DNA of 64,000 nt from an uncultured beta proteobacterium (lineage in GTDB: Bacteria > Pseudomonadota > Gammaproteobacteria > Burkholderiales > JAEUMW01). The position numbers and the translations under genes were made by a program. The stretch is taken from contig CAVTGS010000021.1 in the NCBI GenBank assembly GCA_963734295.1, positions 4,892-68,891 on the forward strand. Reading direction: 5' to 3'. Below, one piece after another: positions 1-10,422 of this stretch. How positions within the stretch are numbered: the first letter of the stretch is position 1; each line of letters opens with the position of its first letter. The notes below the pieces were generated by a model. It searched no databases, was not told where the DNA came from, and was given only the letters and a program-made list of their open reading frames with translations.

Positions 1-86
1 GAATGAACACGCTGACCTTTGCCGAGTAGCGAATATTCTCGCCCTTGGTCAGGGTGGTTTCGATATACGACGCCATTTCTCCTCCT
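1..86 (-). CDS. Bacterial PH-domain (bPH/YdbT-like) small protein, 5' end only; the gene runs off the window
   Basis: ATG at 86 (minus strand) lies behind an AAGGAGGAG Shine-Dalgarno (complement of 89-97). The visible N-terminus MASYIETTLTKGENIRYSAKVSVFI has the M-x-Y-I-x-x-x-L-x-x-G-E opening typical of bacterial PH-domain proteins. Only about 28 codons are visible. Confidence 0.35.
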
Positions 87-329
87 TTTCACGCGAACGC
101 TTTCGCTCATTAGGCGGTAAGTGTATTCCTCACCGTCGCACCGCTCGTCTGGTTCGTAATCGTCGTTACTAGTTATTGCACTTAGAACTCTGCGGCCAAA
201 GCTGTCATCATAGGTTTCACACGACCCTCAACGGGTTCCTCACCGTCTTCGTCTGCTTCCCGTCGGACACTGACGTCACTAACGTGTAATCCCCCTTCGC
301 GATGTCTTTCAGAAGTGGTTCCGTTTGTT

Positions 330-367
330 TGAACAACTTTCCCCGATTTATAAGTGGACTCCGGGCA
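330..367. repeat. IS3-family left terminal inverted repeat (approximate)
   Basis: TGAACAACTTTCCCCGATTTATAAGTGGACTCCGGG aligns with the reverse complement of 1652-1681. The shared blocks are TTTGAACA and TATAAGTGGA-CTCCGGG. Confidence 0.55.
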
Positions 368-464
368 GATTGCTGAAGGTGCAGAGTTGTCCACGGCGGC
401 GTGCGTCGCTTGCGACGAACGCAAAGCCGCGGTGGGCAACTCGGGGCGCACCCGGGACTTCATC

Positions 465-1295
465 TTACGCAGCCAAGCGCATGGGCGGCAGCGCTGCCAG
501 ATACTGCTCGTCGGGCGTGATGCGCCCCAGGCTCGAATGACTGCGATGCGTGTTGTACCAGGACAGATACTCGGCAATGTCGGTGCGTGCCGCGCTCACG
601 CTGTCGTAGGCTTTCAGGTACACCCGTTCGTACTTCACGCTGCGCCACAGGCGCTCGACGAAGACGTTGTCGCGCCAAGCCCCGCGCCCGTCCATGGACA
701 GCTTGCAGCCTTGCTCCAGCACGACCCGGGTGAACTCTTCGGCCGTGAACTGGCTGCCCTGGTCGGTGTTGACGATCTCAGGGGTGCCGTATCGGGCCAA
801 GGCCTGTTCCATCACCTCTCTGGCGTGGCAGGCTTCCAGCGTGATCGCCACCTTGTGCGCCAGCACCTTGCGGCTGACCACATCGACCACGGCAGTGAGG
901 TACACGAAGCCCCGCGCCATCGGGATGTAGGTGGTGTCCAGCGCCCAGACCTGGTTGGCGCGGGTGATCGCCAGCTGGCGCAGCAGGTAGGGGTAGATGG
1001 TGTGGCCCGGTGTGGTTTTGCTGGTGCCCGGCTGGGGTGCCAGCGCTTCAATGCCCATGCGTAGCATCAGCGTTCTGATGTGGCGTCGTCCCGCATGGAT
1101 ACCTTGCCGGGCCAGGTGGTCACGCAGCATGCGTGCACCCATGAAGGGGTGCTCCAGGTGCAGTTCGTCGATCTTGCGCATGAGTGCCAGATCGGCCGGG
1201 CTGACCGGCAAAGGCAAGTAATACACCGTGCCCCGACTGATGTTCAGCAGCCTGGCTTGGCGCGTGATGGAAAGCTCGTGGTCTCGGTCAATCAT
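465..1295 (-). CDS. IS3-family transposase OrfB (rve/DDE integrase core)
   Basis: 276-aa ORF with the D-D-E landmarks [17 protein letters not shown] and [11 protein letters not shown]. It overlaps orfA by ATGA. Confidence 0.92.
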   Translation of the reverse strand: MIDRDHELSITRQARLLNISRGTVYYLPLPVSPADLALMRKIDELHLEHPFMGARMLRDHLARQGIHAGRRHIRTLMLRMGIEALAPQPGTSKTTPGHTIYPYLLRQLAITRANQVWALDTTYIPMARGFVYLTAVVDVVSRKVLAHKVAITLEACHAREVMEQALARYGTPEIVNTDQGSQFTAEEFTRVVLEQGCKLSMDGRGAWRDNVFVERLWRSVKYERVYLKAYDSVSAARTDIAEYLSWYNTHRSHSSLGRITPDEQYLAALPPMRLAA

Positions 1296-1609
1296 GGCTT
1301 TGCGCTCAGCAATCCCGCCTTGGTGAGCGCGCTTTCTAAAAAATCATTCTCCAGCGTCAACGCCCCGATCTTCGCGTGCAGCGGGGCGAGGTTCACCGGC
1401 TCGGGCGGGGCGCCAGAGCCAAAGATTTCGGCTGCGCGCTCGAGCAGCCGCCCCTTCCAGTCGGCGATCTGGTTCGGATGCACCTCGAACTGTTCGCACA
1501 GCTCCGCCATCGTGCGGTCCTCTCGCAAGGCGGCCAGGGCCACTCGGGCCTTGAACGCCGGATTGTGCGCGCGCCGCGTGCGCCGCGCCGATGCTTTCTT
1601 CTTGACCAT
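1292..1609 (-). CDS. IS3-family transposase OrfA (helix-turn-helix)
   Basis: [52 protein letters not shown] is a typical IS3 OrfA HTH. The ATG at 1609 has an AAGGAG RBS 7 nt upstream. The longer track start at 1666 lies inside the terminal repeat. Confidence 0.88.
   Translation of the reverse strand: MVKKKASARRTRRAHNPAFKARVALAALREDRTMAELCEQFEVHPNQIADWKGRLLERAAEIFGSGAPPEPVNLAPLHAKIGALTLENDFLESALTKAGLLSAKP
1337..1343 (-). promoter_or_regulatory. Programmed -1 ribosomal frameshift slippery heptamer T-TTT-TTA producing an OrfAB fusion
   Basis: On the minus strand, orfA reads GAT TTT TTA GAA. This is an X-XXY-YYZ heptamer 13 codons before the orfA stop. The -1 frame is open from there into orfB (..[22 protein letters not shown]..). 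Confidence 0.6.
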
Positions 1610-1651
1610 CAGAAACTCCTTCTTGTCAGACCGCTTTCGGTCCGGCTTTAT

Positions 1652-1681
1652 ACCCGGAGTTTCCACTTATAGCGCTGTTCA
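1652..1681. repeat. IS3-family right terminal inverted repeat (approximate)
   Basis: The reverse complement reads TGAACAGCGCTATAAGTGGAAACTCCGGGT and matches the left end. It has the TG...CA termini typical of IS3-family elements. Confidence 0.55.
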
Positions 1682-1702
1682 AATTCGTGAGACCACTTCT
1701 AG

Positions 1703-3612
1703 GTGCTTCTGCTCGTAGGCAGCGTTGGCGCCGGCAAGTCGACATTTATTGATCACCTACAGGAAGTGGCATTGCCCGCCGATCTCATCAGTACCACTCT
1801 TTGGGTGCGTCTCAACATGAATGCGGCACCCGTATCAGCCAATGAGATCTATGGTTGGCTCAGAGAGGAGATCGCTAAGGGGTGTATTGCGGGCTATCCC
1901 GAGGTTGATTTCGACGACCTGTCGGTTCTTAAGGGGGTATTTTCGGTCGAGGTGAACCGCTTTAATAAGGGGGTCGGCAAGCTGTATCAAGCTGAGGAGA
2001 AGGTCTTTGCCGTAAAGCTCGCCGAACTGCTCGAAAAGCTGACTAGTGATCTTCATGCGAAAGCAATCGCTCTCACTAGGTATTGTGCGACAGAGCGCGG
2101 AAAGCTGTGGTCATGGTTCTGGATAATTGCGACAAGCGCTCACGCGACGAACAACTCTTAATGTTCCAAGCGGCTCAATGGGTTCAGAAGGAATTCCGCG
2201 CGCTCGTCATTCTCCCCCTTCCTGAAGAAACCTATGACAATCACAGAGATCAACCACCCCTTGACACCGCGCTTAAGGATTTCGTCTTTCGGATTGAGCC
2301 ACCTCTGTTTCAGCACGTTCTAGTTCGGCGAGTCCAGTTAGCGCTCAACGAGATAGGTACTGCCGACTCGAAGCACTTACGGTATGACCTGCCAAACGGT
2401 TTCCACGTTGAGTACGCAGCTTCCGACCAAGCGTTTTACCTTACCTGCATTCTCCGATCCATTTTTGACTACGACAAATACATTAGAAGAATGATCGTTG
2501 GTCTGTCAGGGAGAAACATTCGCCGAGCACTAGAAATCTTTCTTGATTTCTGCAAAAGTGGTCACATCGGAGAAGACCAAATATTTCGCATCAGGCAAGC
2601 GGAAGGGCAGTACACATTGCCCCTTCCCTTGGTGACACGCGTACTGCTCCGTATGAACAGGCGCTACTATGATAGTGACTACTCGTATCTTAAGAACTTG
2701 TTTGGCGTGGATCGACGCGATTCACGCGTCAACTACTTTTCGCGGCTAATGATTTTAAGGTGGCTTCTAGAGCGATTCTCGCAGGTTGGCCCATCTCACC
2801 TGAAAGGCTTCTTTTCCATCCAGCAACTCAAGTCCGATCTCAACCTTTACGGCGTCGAAGAGAAGGTGATCGCGAGGGAGCTTGAGTATCTAGTAAAGGC
2901 CCAATGTGTTCTGGTCGAGGACTTGCGGACGGACTCCCTGGACGACGAGACACTCATTCGACTTGCACCGGCTGGGTTCGTAAATCTTGAGGTACTCGGA
3001 AACGTTGACTACTTGGCCGCGGTGGCAGAAGACACCTGGATCAGTGATGAGCGCATTGCTCAAAGAATTGCCCAGCGAATCGCGCAACTCGACAAGCAGT
3101 ATCAGCCTCAGACTATGGTAGCCAATGCTCGCGAACTCCTCCAATTTCTACATCAGGCGAGAGAGCGGGACGCAAGCGGTCCACGCATTTTCTTGGAGAA
3201 AAGCGCACATGAAGGACTTACGGATCTTACCTTGGCGAACGAAGCCATTACGAAGCAGCACCAAGCAATGTTGAGCGGGCCGTGGCAGCGCGCGGAAACT
3301 CTCTTTCCAGCGGGTAGCGAGTTCGAGGGCGTCGTCGTCAACAACAAGGAGTTTGGCGTGTTTGTAGAGCTCGCCCCCGGTATCTCTGGGCTGATCCATA
3401 AGAGCAAACTTCCCGCTCGCCATGAATCTGATGATAGATTTATGGCGGGCGAGCCCATTTGGGTGCGTATTCTGTATGTCGACGCCGTCCAACAGCGAAT
3501 CGCAATGGCGTATGTTCCGAACCGCTCGTTTACCTCGCCGCCCGGCTCGACTGATTGGAGCTATCCCCAGCAATCAGCCGACCTTGGTCGAGAAGAACTG
3601 CCTAACGTATGA
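1703..3612 (+). pseudogene. P-loop NTPase (Walker A/B) with long helical middle region and C-terminal S1 RNA-binding domain; N-terminally truncated at the IS end and frameshifted near 2100
   Basis: Walker A LLLVGSVGAGKST lies 5 residues from the ORF start, and an in-frame TAG sits immediately upstream at 1700-1702. Walker-B-like AVVMVLDNCD is in the second frame (2083..3612). The frames join around ...ATERGK/AVVMVLD. The C-terminus EFEGVVVNNKEFGVFVELAPGISGLIHKSKL...GEPIWVRILYVDAVQQRIAMAY is an S1 OB-fold. The gene is clearly more AT-rich than the flanking core genes. Confidence 0.6.
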
Positions 3613-3869
3613 ATACGGTCTCCTTCCAGTGCCCACTTTCATCCTGCCTGGCGCGCCGAGGCGTTGAGCCACCGGCTGATTGCCCAACTCTCCGGATGTC
3701 CGGATAGGCCGACTTCCCATTGCTCAAGGCAGGACGACGCGGCAGCTGACCCTCAAGAAGCAGCCATTCGTTCGTCCGGAGCCCGAATGGCTCTCCTGGG
3801 TCGGGAGCAGCCTGTGGCGCTGGAGCTTGATTGCCGCGCCGCTACGCGGACTTCTTTGGGGCTGGCCTT

Positions 3870-4055
3870 TCAGCTTGCTTCTCTGCCACAGGTCCGCTCG
3901 CCGGTCGTTTGGCCGCGACCGTCTTCGTAGCTGCCTGCCAAGACCTCCTTTTCGGCAGCCAGCCAATACGGCAGCGCCAATCCGTGCGGGCGACCGGCAG
4001 ACTCCCACATCAGATACGCGAGATCCCGAATGCGCTGTTGAACGCCCTCGGCCAT
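3870..4055 (-). CDS. DUF2934-family small protein
   Basis: MAEGVQQRIRDLAYLMWESAGRPHGLALPYWLAAEKEV matches the DUF2934 signature (IRxxAYxxWExxGRPxGxxxxxWxxAE). I chose the start at the internal Met; the track ORF extends to 4157. Confidence 0.55.
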   Translation of the reverse strand: MAEGVQQRIRDLAYLMWESAGRPHGLALPYWLAAEKEVLAGSYEDGRGQTTGERTCGREAS

Positions 4056-4558
4056 CTCGCTGACCGTATTGCTCACGACATCATCCCCTCGATTTGAAAA
4101 ACCCGCTCCTCGAGCAATTGGCAGGGGATAGATTATTCCAGCGCGCCTTCTTTGCATTGGCGACGAAGTGGGTTTTGGTTACGGCTGGAGGCCGAGACTC
4201 GGAAAATCAAACTGCCCTTCTGATCGGCGCGAACTGTATCGCCGGACGAGTAAGTGGTCAATCCCATCAGTCGTGGCTGTTAGGGCTAGAACTTCGGAAC
4301 CCCGAGTCTCCAACTCGGATTGGGCCTGCACGATCGATAGCCGAGTGGCTGCTTTGGGAAGGCGAACGGCCGGAACGGGTCGGGTCCAGCCGTTTCAGGG
4401 CGGCGATAACTGGAACCGACGCAAATCGAGGCCGCCAGTGTGACTGAAGCAGATTCGATTCGGCATTGAACACTGGCACTCGTAGGCCTATGGCCTGCGT
4501 CGTCGAGAGGGATTGGCTCCAGCCCGTGCGCGAAAACCGCCCTCACTGCTGGCGCCGC

Positions 4559-7361
4559 TCACCCGCTATTCCGCAGTCCCGACGCGATCCCGTTGATGGT
4601 GAGCAGGATCGCGCGCTTCACCTTGTCGTCCTGGTCGCCGGAACGGAAGCGGCGCAGCAGCCCGAGCTGCAGATGATTCAACGGATCGATGTAGGGCTGG
4701 CGATTGCGGAAGCTGCGGGCGAGCGACGGGTTCGACTGCAGGAAGTGGCGCTGACCGGTGATGGCGCACATCTGCTCCACCGTGCGCTTCCATTCGTTGT
4801 AGATGTCGGTGAAGATGCGCTCGGAGAGCACGTCGTCCGCCACGAGATCGGCGTAGCGGGAGGCGATGCTCATCTCGCTTTTCGCGAGCACCATGTCCAT
4901 GTTCGAGAGCAGCGCCTGGAAGAACGGCCAGACGCGGTGCATCTCCTGCAGCGTGGCGAGTCCCGCCTGCCCCTCGCGCTTGACGTAGTCTTCGACGGCG
5001 GTGCCGAAGCCGTACCAGCCCGGCAGCATGATGCGCGCCTGCGACCAGCTGAACACCCACGGGATCGCACGCAGGTCCTCGATCCGGTCCGACCGCTTGC
5101 GCGACGCCGGCCGGCTGCCGATGTGCAGATCCGCGATCTCCGTGATCGGCGTGGCCTGACGGAAAAAGGTGACGAACCCCGGGGTTTCGTACACGAGCCG
5201 GCGATACGCGCGGTAAGCCGTCTCCGAGAGACCGTCCATGATCCGGTAGTGCGCCTCGAGATCCTGATCGGGATGGCCGTGCGGCACCAGCGTCGCCTCG
5301 AGCGTGCCGGCGACGAGCGTCTCCAGGTTGCGCCGGCCGATGTCCGGGTCCGCGTACTTGCTCGCGATCACCTCGCCTTGCTCGGTGATCCGGATCTGGC
5401 CGTCGACGCTGCCGGGCGGCTGCGCGCGGATGCCCTGATAGCTCGGTCCGCCGCCGCGGCCCACACTACCACCGCGGCCGTGAAATAGGCGCAGTCCCAC
5501 GCCGTGCCTGCGGAAGACCTCGACCAGTTCGACTTCGGCCTTGTGCAGCTCCCAGTTGGCGGTGAGATAACCGCCGTCCTTGTTGCTGTCGGAATAACCG
5601 AGCATCACCTCCTGGCAGTTGCCGCGCGTCGCGAGCAGGCGCCGGTACGCTGCGAGGCCGAGCACGCGGTCCATGATCGGCCCGCAGCCGCGCAGGTCGG
5701 CGATGGTCTCGAACAGCGGCACGATGTTGACGGCGAGCCGCGGCTCGGGCTGGACCTCGAGCAATCCCACTTCCTTCAGCAGAAGTGCGAGCTCGATGAG
5801 ATCGCTCACGCCGTCGGTCTTCGAGATCACGTAGTTGGGCAGCGCGGCGCTCCCGTAGCGCCGGTGGATCTCGGCCGCCACGTCGAAGATCGCGAGCTCC
5901 TTGCGGGTCGCCTCGCTGTAGTCGATGAAAGGCGAGCGCAGCGGCCGCGGCGTCTCGATCTCGCGCAGCAGCCACTCGAGCCGTTCGTCCTCGCTGCGCT
6001 GGGAATAGTTGCTCGCGTTCGCCCCACGCTCGAACAGCTCGGCGACCACCGCTTCGTGCACCCCCGAATGCTGGCGCATGTCGAGGGTGGCGAGGTGGAA
6101 CCCGAAGACCTGCACGGCGCGCCGCAGGCCGCGCAGCCTGCCGTCTGCGATCCGCGCCGAGCCGTGGCTGCGGAGCGACTGGTCGATGACATCGAGATCC
6201 CGGAGAAAATCCTGCGGCGTTGGATAGGGCGGCGCAGCAGCAACGGGCGGCAGCTCGGCGGTGAGCCCGACCAGGTCGCGCGCGGTTGCCGCCAGACGCG
6301 CATAGATGTTCGCGAGCGCGTTCCGGTAGGGCTCGTCCGGGCGATGATCGCGGTGCACGGCGGGGTCGAGCGCGAGCGCCTCCAGCTCGGGCGGGCGCGC
6401 CCACCAGCCGGCGCGACATGCTGAGCTCGGCCGCGAGGGCATGAATCTCCTTGAGGTAATGTTCGAAAGCGACCGTCGCGTGGCGCTGCATCGCGTGGCG
6501 TGTTACCTCGTGGGTTACGTAGGGGTTGCCGTCGCGATCGCCGCCGATCCAGCTCCCCATGCGCAAGAGCGGCGACACCCGCGGCGCGCGCTCCGGCCAC
6601 ACCGCTGCGAGCTGGTCCTCGATGTCCGCGTAGAGCTTGGGCAGCTCGCGCAGGAACGTGTACTCGTAATAGGCGAGCCCGTTCTCGATCTCGTCCGCAA
6701 CGGTGAGCCGAACCGACCGCAGGATGCGCGTCTGCCACAGCGCCAGCACGTCGCGCCGGATCTCTTCCTCGTTAGCCTTGAGCTCGGCAGGCGTGAGCTG
6801 CACGCGGTCGCGCTCGAGCAGGAGCCGCGTGAGCTCGCGCTGGCGGTTGAGCACGGCGCGTCGCTGCACCTCGGTGGGATGCGCGGTGAGCACCGGCGTC
6901 ACCACCCCTTGCGCGAACAGCCGCTCGACATCCTCCGCGCCGAAGCCCGCCTCCCGCACGCGCGCGAGCGCCAGGGCGAAGCTGCCTTCCTGGTGCTGCG
7001 GGTCTTCGCGTTGATGAAAGCGGCGCCGGCGGTTGTGGTGCAGATCCTCCGCGATGTTCGCGAGCTGCGAGAAGAACGTGAACGCCCGCGCGACCGCGAC
7101 GACTTCCTCGTAGGGCAGACCGCCCAGCATGCTTTCGAGCTCGCGCTTCGCGGCCGGGTCGCGATCGCGGCGAAAGCGCAGCGCCATCTGCCGCGTGCTT
7201 TCGATCAGGGCGAACGCCGCCTCGCCGTGCTGCTCGCGCAGGGTGTCGCCGAGCACGCGCCCGAGAAGCCGAATGTCATCGCGCAGCGGTGCGTCCTTGT
7301 CGGCCTCCACCTCCGGCGCGGGTGTTTCGCGCGAGGCGCCGTTTCCCATACGATCGTTCAT
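4559..7361 (-). pseudogene. ppc: Phosphoenolpyruvate carboxylase, one frameshift near 6395 as assembled
   Basis: The N-terminal frame (..VLTAHPTEVQRRAV..EIHALAAELSMSRRLV) and the C-terminal frame (PELEALALD...MLGYSDSNKDGGYL...FHGRGGSVGRGGGP...INGIASGLRNSG) are both unmistakably PEPC. They abut with a 1-nt offset. Confidence 0.93.
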
Positions 7362-7472
7362 GACAGAGATCCTCCGCGCGGTGGGGACCGACCGATTCTA
7401 CGGACCCGGTCGCCACCCCGTCCAGGGGGTGCATGCTAGAATCGCGGCCCAGGCAAGCGGCGCGCGGCGACG

Positions 7473-8466
7473 GTGAGATTCGCGGTGCCGACAATCGAGA
7501 GGAGCGGTTTGAACAGCAGTGCATCCGGAGTCCGGCGCGCGCCGGCGCGCATCGTCATCGCCACCCGGGAAAGCGCGCTGGCGCTGTGGCAGGCGCGCCA
7601 TGTCGAGACGCAGCTCGCGGCTTTATATCCCGAAAGCGAAATCCGGCTGCTCGGCATGACCACGGAGGGCGATCGCCGCCTGGGCGCATCGCTCGCCAAG
7701 ATCGGCGGCAAGGGGCTCTTCGTGAAGGAGCTGGAGGCGGCGCTCGAAGCGGGCGACGCGGACATCGCGGTGCACTCGATGAAGGACGTGCCCATGACGC
7801 TGCCACAGGGCTTTACCATCGCCGCCATCGGCCCGCGCGAGGATCCGCGTGACGCGCTCGTGTCGGCCCGCTGCACGAGCTTATCGGAGCTGGCTGCGGG
7901 CGCCGTCGTCGGTACGTCGAGCCTGCGGCGCGAGAGCCAGATCCGGGCACGCTATCCCGCGCTCGCCGTCGCGCCCTTGCGCGGCAACGTGCAGACGCGG
8001 CTGCGCAAGCTCGACGAAGGCCAGTTCGACGCGATCATCCTCGCGGCGGCTGGGCTTGAAGCGGCTCGGACTCGAGGCGCGCATCGCCGCCCTCATTCCG
8101 ACCGAGGAGAGCGTGCCCGCGGTCGGCCAGGGCGCGCTCGGCATCGAGTGCCGCGAGGACCGGGCGGACATGATCGCCGCGGTCGCGCCCCTTAACGACG
8201 ATCCGACAGCGCGCTGCGTGCGCGCCGAACGCGCCATGAGCCGCGCCTTGGCCGGCAGCTGCAACGTACCGCTCGGCGGCTACGCGCGTATCGAGAACGG
8301 ACGCATCCACATGGCCGGATTCGTCGCGAGCCCGGACGGTTCCCGCCATCTCACCGCGCGGGCCGACGGCGGGGTCGACGATCCGGAGCGGCTGGGCGAG
8401 GCGCTCGCACGCGAGCTGTATCGGCGCGGTGCGGCCGCGATCCTCGCCAGCCTCGCCGCGACGTGA
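7473..8466 (+). pseudogene. hemC: Hydroxymethylbilane synthase (porphobilinogen deaminase), one frameshift near 8057
   Basis: [18 protein letters not shown]...[11 protein letters not shown]...HSMKDVP...[25 protein letters not shown] continues in the next frame as KRLGLEARI...[12 protein letters not shown]. The extra base is in a TT run (GGGCTTGAAG). An alternative TTG start at 7509 lies behind GAGAGGAG. Confidence 0.92.
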
Positions 8467-9287
8467 TGGCGGAATCCGCACGTTCGCGCCCGGTGCCGCC
8501 AGGCGCGCTGGCCGGACGCACCATCGTGGTGACGCGGCCCGAACGGCAGGCGGGCGCGCTCGCCGATCTGATTCGCGAGGCGGGTGGAACCCCCGTCGTG
8601 TTTCCCGTGCTCGAGATCCGCGATGTCGACGATCCCGGTCCCTTGGCCGCCCTCGTCGGCCGTCTTGCGCAGTTCGACCTCGCCGTCTTCATCAGTCCGA
8701 ACGCGGTGCAGAAGGCCATGAGCTCGATCTCGGCGCGCGGTGGGTTTCCGCCTGGCCTGCTCGCGGCAACGGTCGGGAAAGGATCGGCCGCGGAGCTGCG
8801 GCGCCACGGTGTTGCCGGCGTCATCGCACCGTCGGAGCGCTTCGACAGCGAGGCGCTGCTCGAGCTGCCGCAGATGCAAGCAGTCGCCGCCAAGCGCATC
8901 GTCATCTTCCGCGGCCAAGGTGGGCGCGAGCTGCTCGGCGACACGCTCGCTGCGCGCGGCGCCACGGTCGAATACGCCGAGTGCTACCGCCGCGCGAAAC
9001 CCGACGCCGATCCGACGCCGCTCTTCGAGCTCTGGGCGCGCGACGCGCTGTCGGGAATCGCCATCACGAGCAGCGAAGGGGTCCGCAACCTGTTCGAGAT
9101 GGTCGGTCCGGCCGGGCGCGGGTGGCTCGCGCAGACGCTGCTCTTCGTGCCGCACGAGCGCATCGCCGAGACCGCCCGCACGCTCGGCTCGACCCGGCTG
9201 GTGCTCACCGGGCCGAACGACGAAGGCGTCGTCGCCGGCATGATCGACTGGTGGAGCGTTGGCCACGCCCCGCGAACGCCGGCCTGA
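8466..9287 (+). CDS. hemD: Uroporphyrinogen-III synthase
   Basis: About 273 aa. TGATG overlap with hemC. The sequence GRTIVVTRPERQAGALADLIREAGG..VFPVLEI and its position between hemC and hemX fit HemD. Confidence 0.85.
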   Translation: MAESARSRPVPPGALAGRTIVVTRPERQAGALADLIREAGGTPVVFPVLEIRDVDDPGPLAALVGRLAQFDLAVFISPNAVQKAMSSISARGGFPPGLLAATVGKGSAAELRRHGVAGVIAPSERFDSEALLELPQMQAVAAKRIVIFRGQGGRELLGDTLAARGATVEYAECYRRAKPDADPTPLFELWARDALSGIAITSSEGVRNLFEMVGPAGRGWLAQTLLFVPHERIAETARTLGSTRLVLTGPNDEGVVAGMIDWWSVGHAPRTPA

Positions 9288-9294
9288 TCCGCAG

Positions 9295-10422
9295 ATGGAC
9301 GATCACGCGCCGCCATCCTCCCCCGCGGTCGCCCCCGCGCCCGAGCCTGCCCCGCGCGAGGCGCCGATGAGACGACCGCTGTCGCCCAGCACGATCGCGC
9401 TCGTCCTCGCGGCGCTCGCGCTCGTGCTCCTTGCCTGGCAGTGGCTCGACGCCCGCAGCGAACGGCAGGCGATCCGCCAGGAGCTCGCGCGGCGGCTGGC
9501 CGAGATCGACGCTCAGAACAAGGAGGGGCGCGTCATCGCCCAACAGGCGCAGGAGGCGGCGCGCGACGTTCAGGTCAAGGTGGGCGTGCTCGAGGACAAG
9601 CTCGCCCAGTCACAGAATCAGCAGGTGGCGTTGGAGACGCTGTACCAGGAGCTCTCGCGCAACCGCGACGACTGGTCGCTCTCGGAGATCGAGCAGATCG
9701 TAGCGATCGCCTCGCAACAGTTGCAGCTCGCCGGCGACCTGCGCGCGGCGCTGCTCGCCCTCCAGACCGCGGACAGCCGCCTGCAGCGCCTCGACAAGCC
9801 ACAGCTCATCCCGCTGCGGAAGGTCATCGCCAAGGACATCGAACGGCTGAAGTCTCTGCCCCATGTCGACACCGTGGGGATCGCGGTGCGGCTCGACACT
9901 CTGCTCGGCCAGGTCGACGGCCTGCCGCTCGCCATGGAAGTGCGACCGATCACCGAACGCGAAGCCGCCGCGCCTACCCCCGCGGAGGAAAGCGCCTGGC
10001 AGCGGGTGATGCGGGAGGCGTTGACCGACTTCAAGCAGATGGTGCGTCTGCAGAAGCTCGACAAGACCGAGGTGCCGCTGCTCGCCCCCGAGCAGGCCTA
10101 CTTCGCGCGCGAGAACCTGAAGCTGCGCCTGCTCTCGGCGCGCATCGCGCTGCTACAACGGGACCCGGTGGCCTACCGCGCCGACATCCGGGCCGCCCGC
10201 GAGTGGCTCAACCGCTACTTCGACACCCAGAACAAGGCGGTGACGAGCGCACTCGCCACCCTGCGCGAGCTCGGCGAGAGCCCGGTGAGCATCGAAGTCC
10301 CCGACATCGTGGGCAGTCTCGAGGCGGTGCGCAACTACAAGATCGCGCGCGACGCCAAGGCGGACATGCCGGAGTCCGTCGCGCCCGCGAAACCTCCGCC
10401 CAAGGGGGCACGGGCGCGATGA
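9295..10422 (+). CDS. hemX: HemX-family membrane protein (uroporphyrinogen-III C-methyltransferase-like, coiled coil)
   Basis: It has an N-terminal TM helix (IALVLAALALVLLAWQW) and a long coiled-coil region. Its hemD-hemX-hemY position fits. The ATG at 9295 lies just after the hemD stop. Confidence 0.8.
   Translation: MDDHAPPSSPAVAPAPEPAPREAPMRRPLSPSTIALVLAALALVLLAWQWLDARSERQAIRQELARRLAEIDAQNKEGRVIAQQAQEAARDVQVKVGVLEDKLAQSQNQQVALETLYQELSRNRDDWSLSEIEQIVAIASQQLQLAGDLRAALLALQTADSRLQRLDKPQLIPLRKVIAKDIERLKSLPHVDTVGIAVRLDTLLGQVDGLPLAMEVRPITEREAAAPTPAEESAWQRVMREALTDFKQMVRLQKLDKTEVPLLAPEQAYFARENLKLRLLSARIALLQRDPVAYRADIRAAREWLNRYFDTQNKAVTSALATLRELGESPVSIEVPDIVGSLEAVRNYKIARDAKADMPESVAPAKPPPKGARAR

Larger units (their letters stand above)
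311..1700 (-). mobile_element. IS3-family insertion sequence (orfA/orfB with -1 frameshift); ends are approximate (left 311-330, right 1681-1700)
   Basis: Two overlapping minus-strand ORFs, an HTH OrfA and an rve/DDE OrfB. Imperfect terminal inverted repeats: TGAACA(330-335)...TATAAGTGGACTCCGGG on the left versus CCCGGAGTTTCCACTTATA...TGTTCA(1676-1681) on the right. A further AGAAGTGGT 9-mer is inverted at 311-319 and 1692-1700. Confidence 0.85.

Noticed and set aside
182-577. 131-aa minus-strand ORF crossing the left IS boundary
   Set aside because: It reads from inside the IS, out of frame with orfB, across the terminal repeat into flanking DNA. At most the last 43-49 codons (182 to about 329) could be the 3' remnant of an interrupted gene, and I cannot identify it.
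3052-3087. Triple RIAQ-RIAQ-RIAQ repeat in the P-loop/S1 protein
   Set aside because: The three 12-nt units use different synonymous codons (cgcattgctcaa / agaattgcccag / cgaatcgcgcaa). This is a protein-level heptad-like feature, not a slippage-prone DNA tandem repeat.
4160-4558. Possible tRNA, tmRNA or attachment site at the island/ppc boundary
   Set aside because: I looked for a GGTTCGAATCC-type T-arm, CCA ends and a cloverleaf. There are only short hairpins (CCGAGTCTCCAACTCGG, CCGAGACTCGG) and no tRNA-like architecture. No direct repeat partner is visible.
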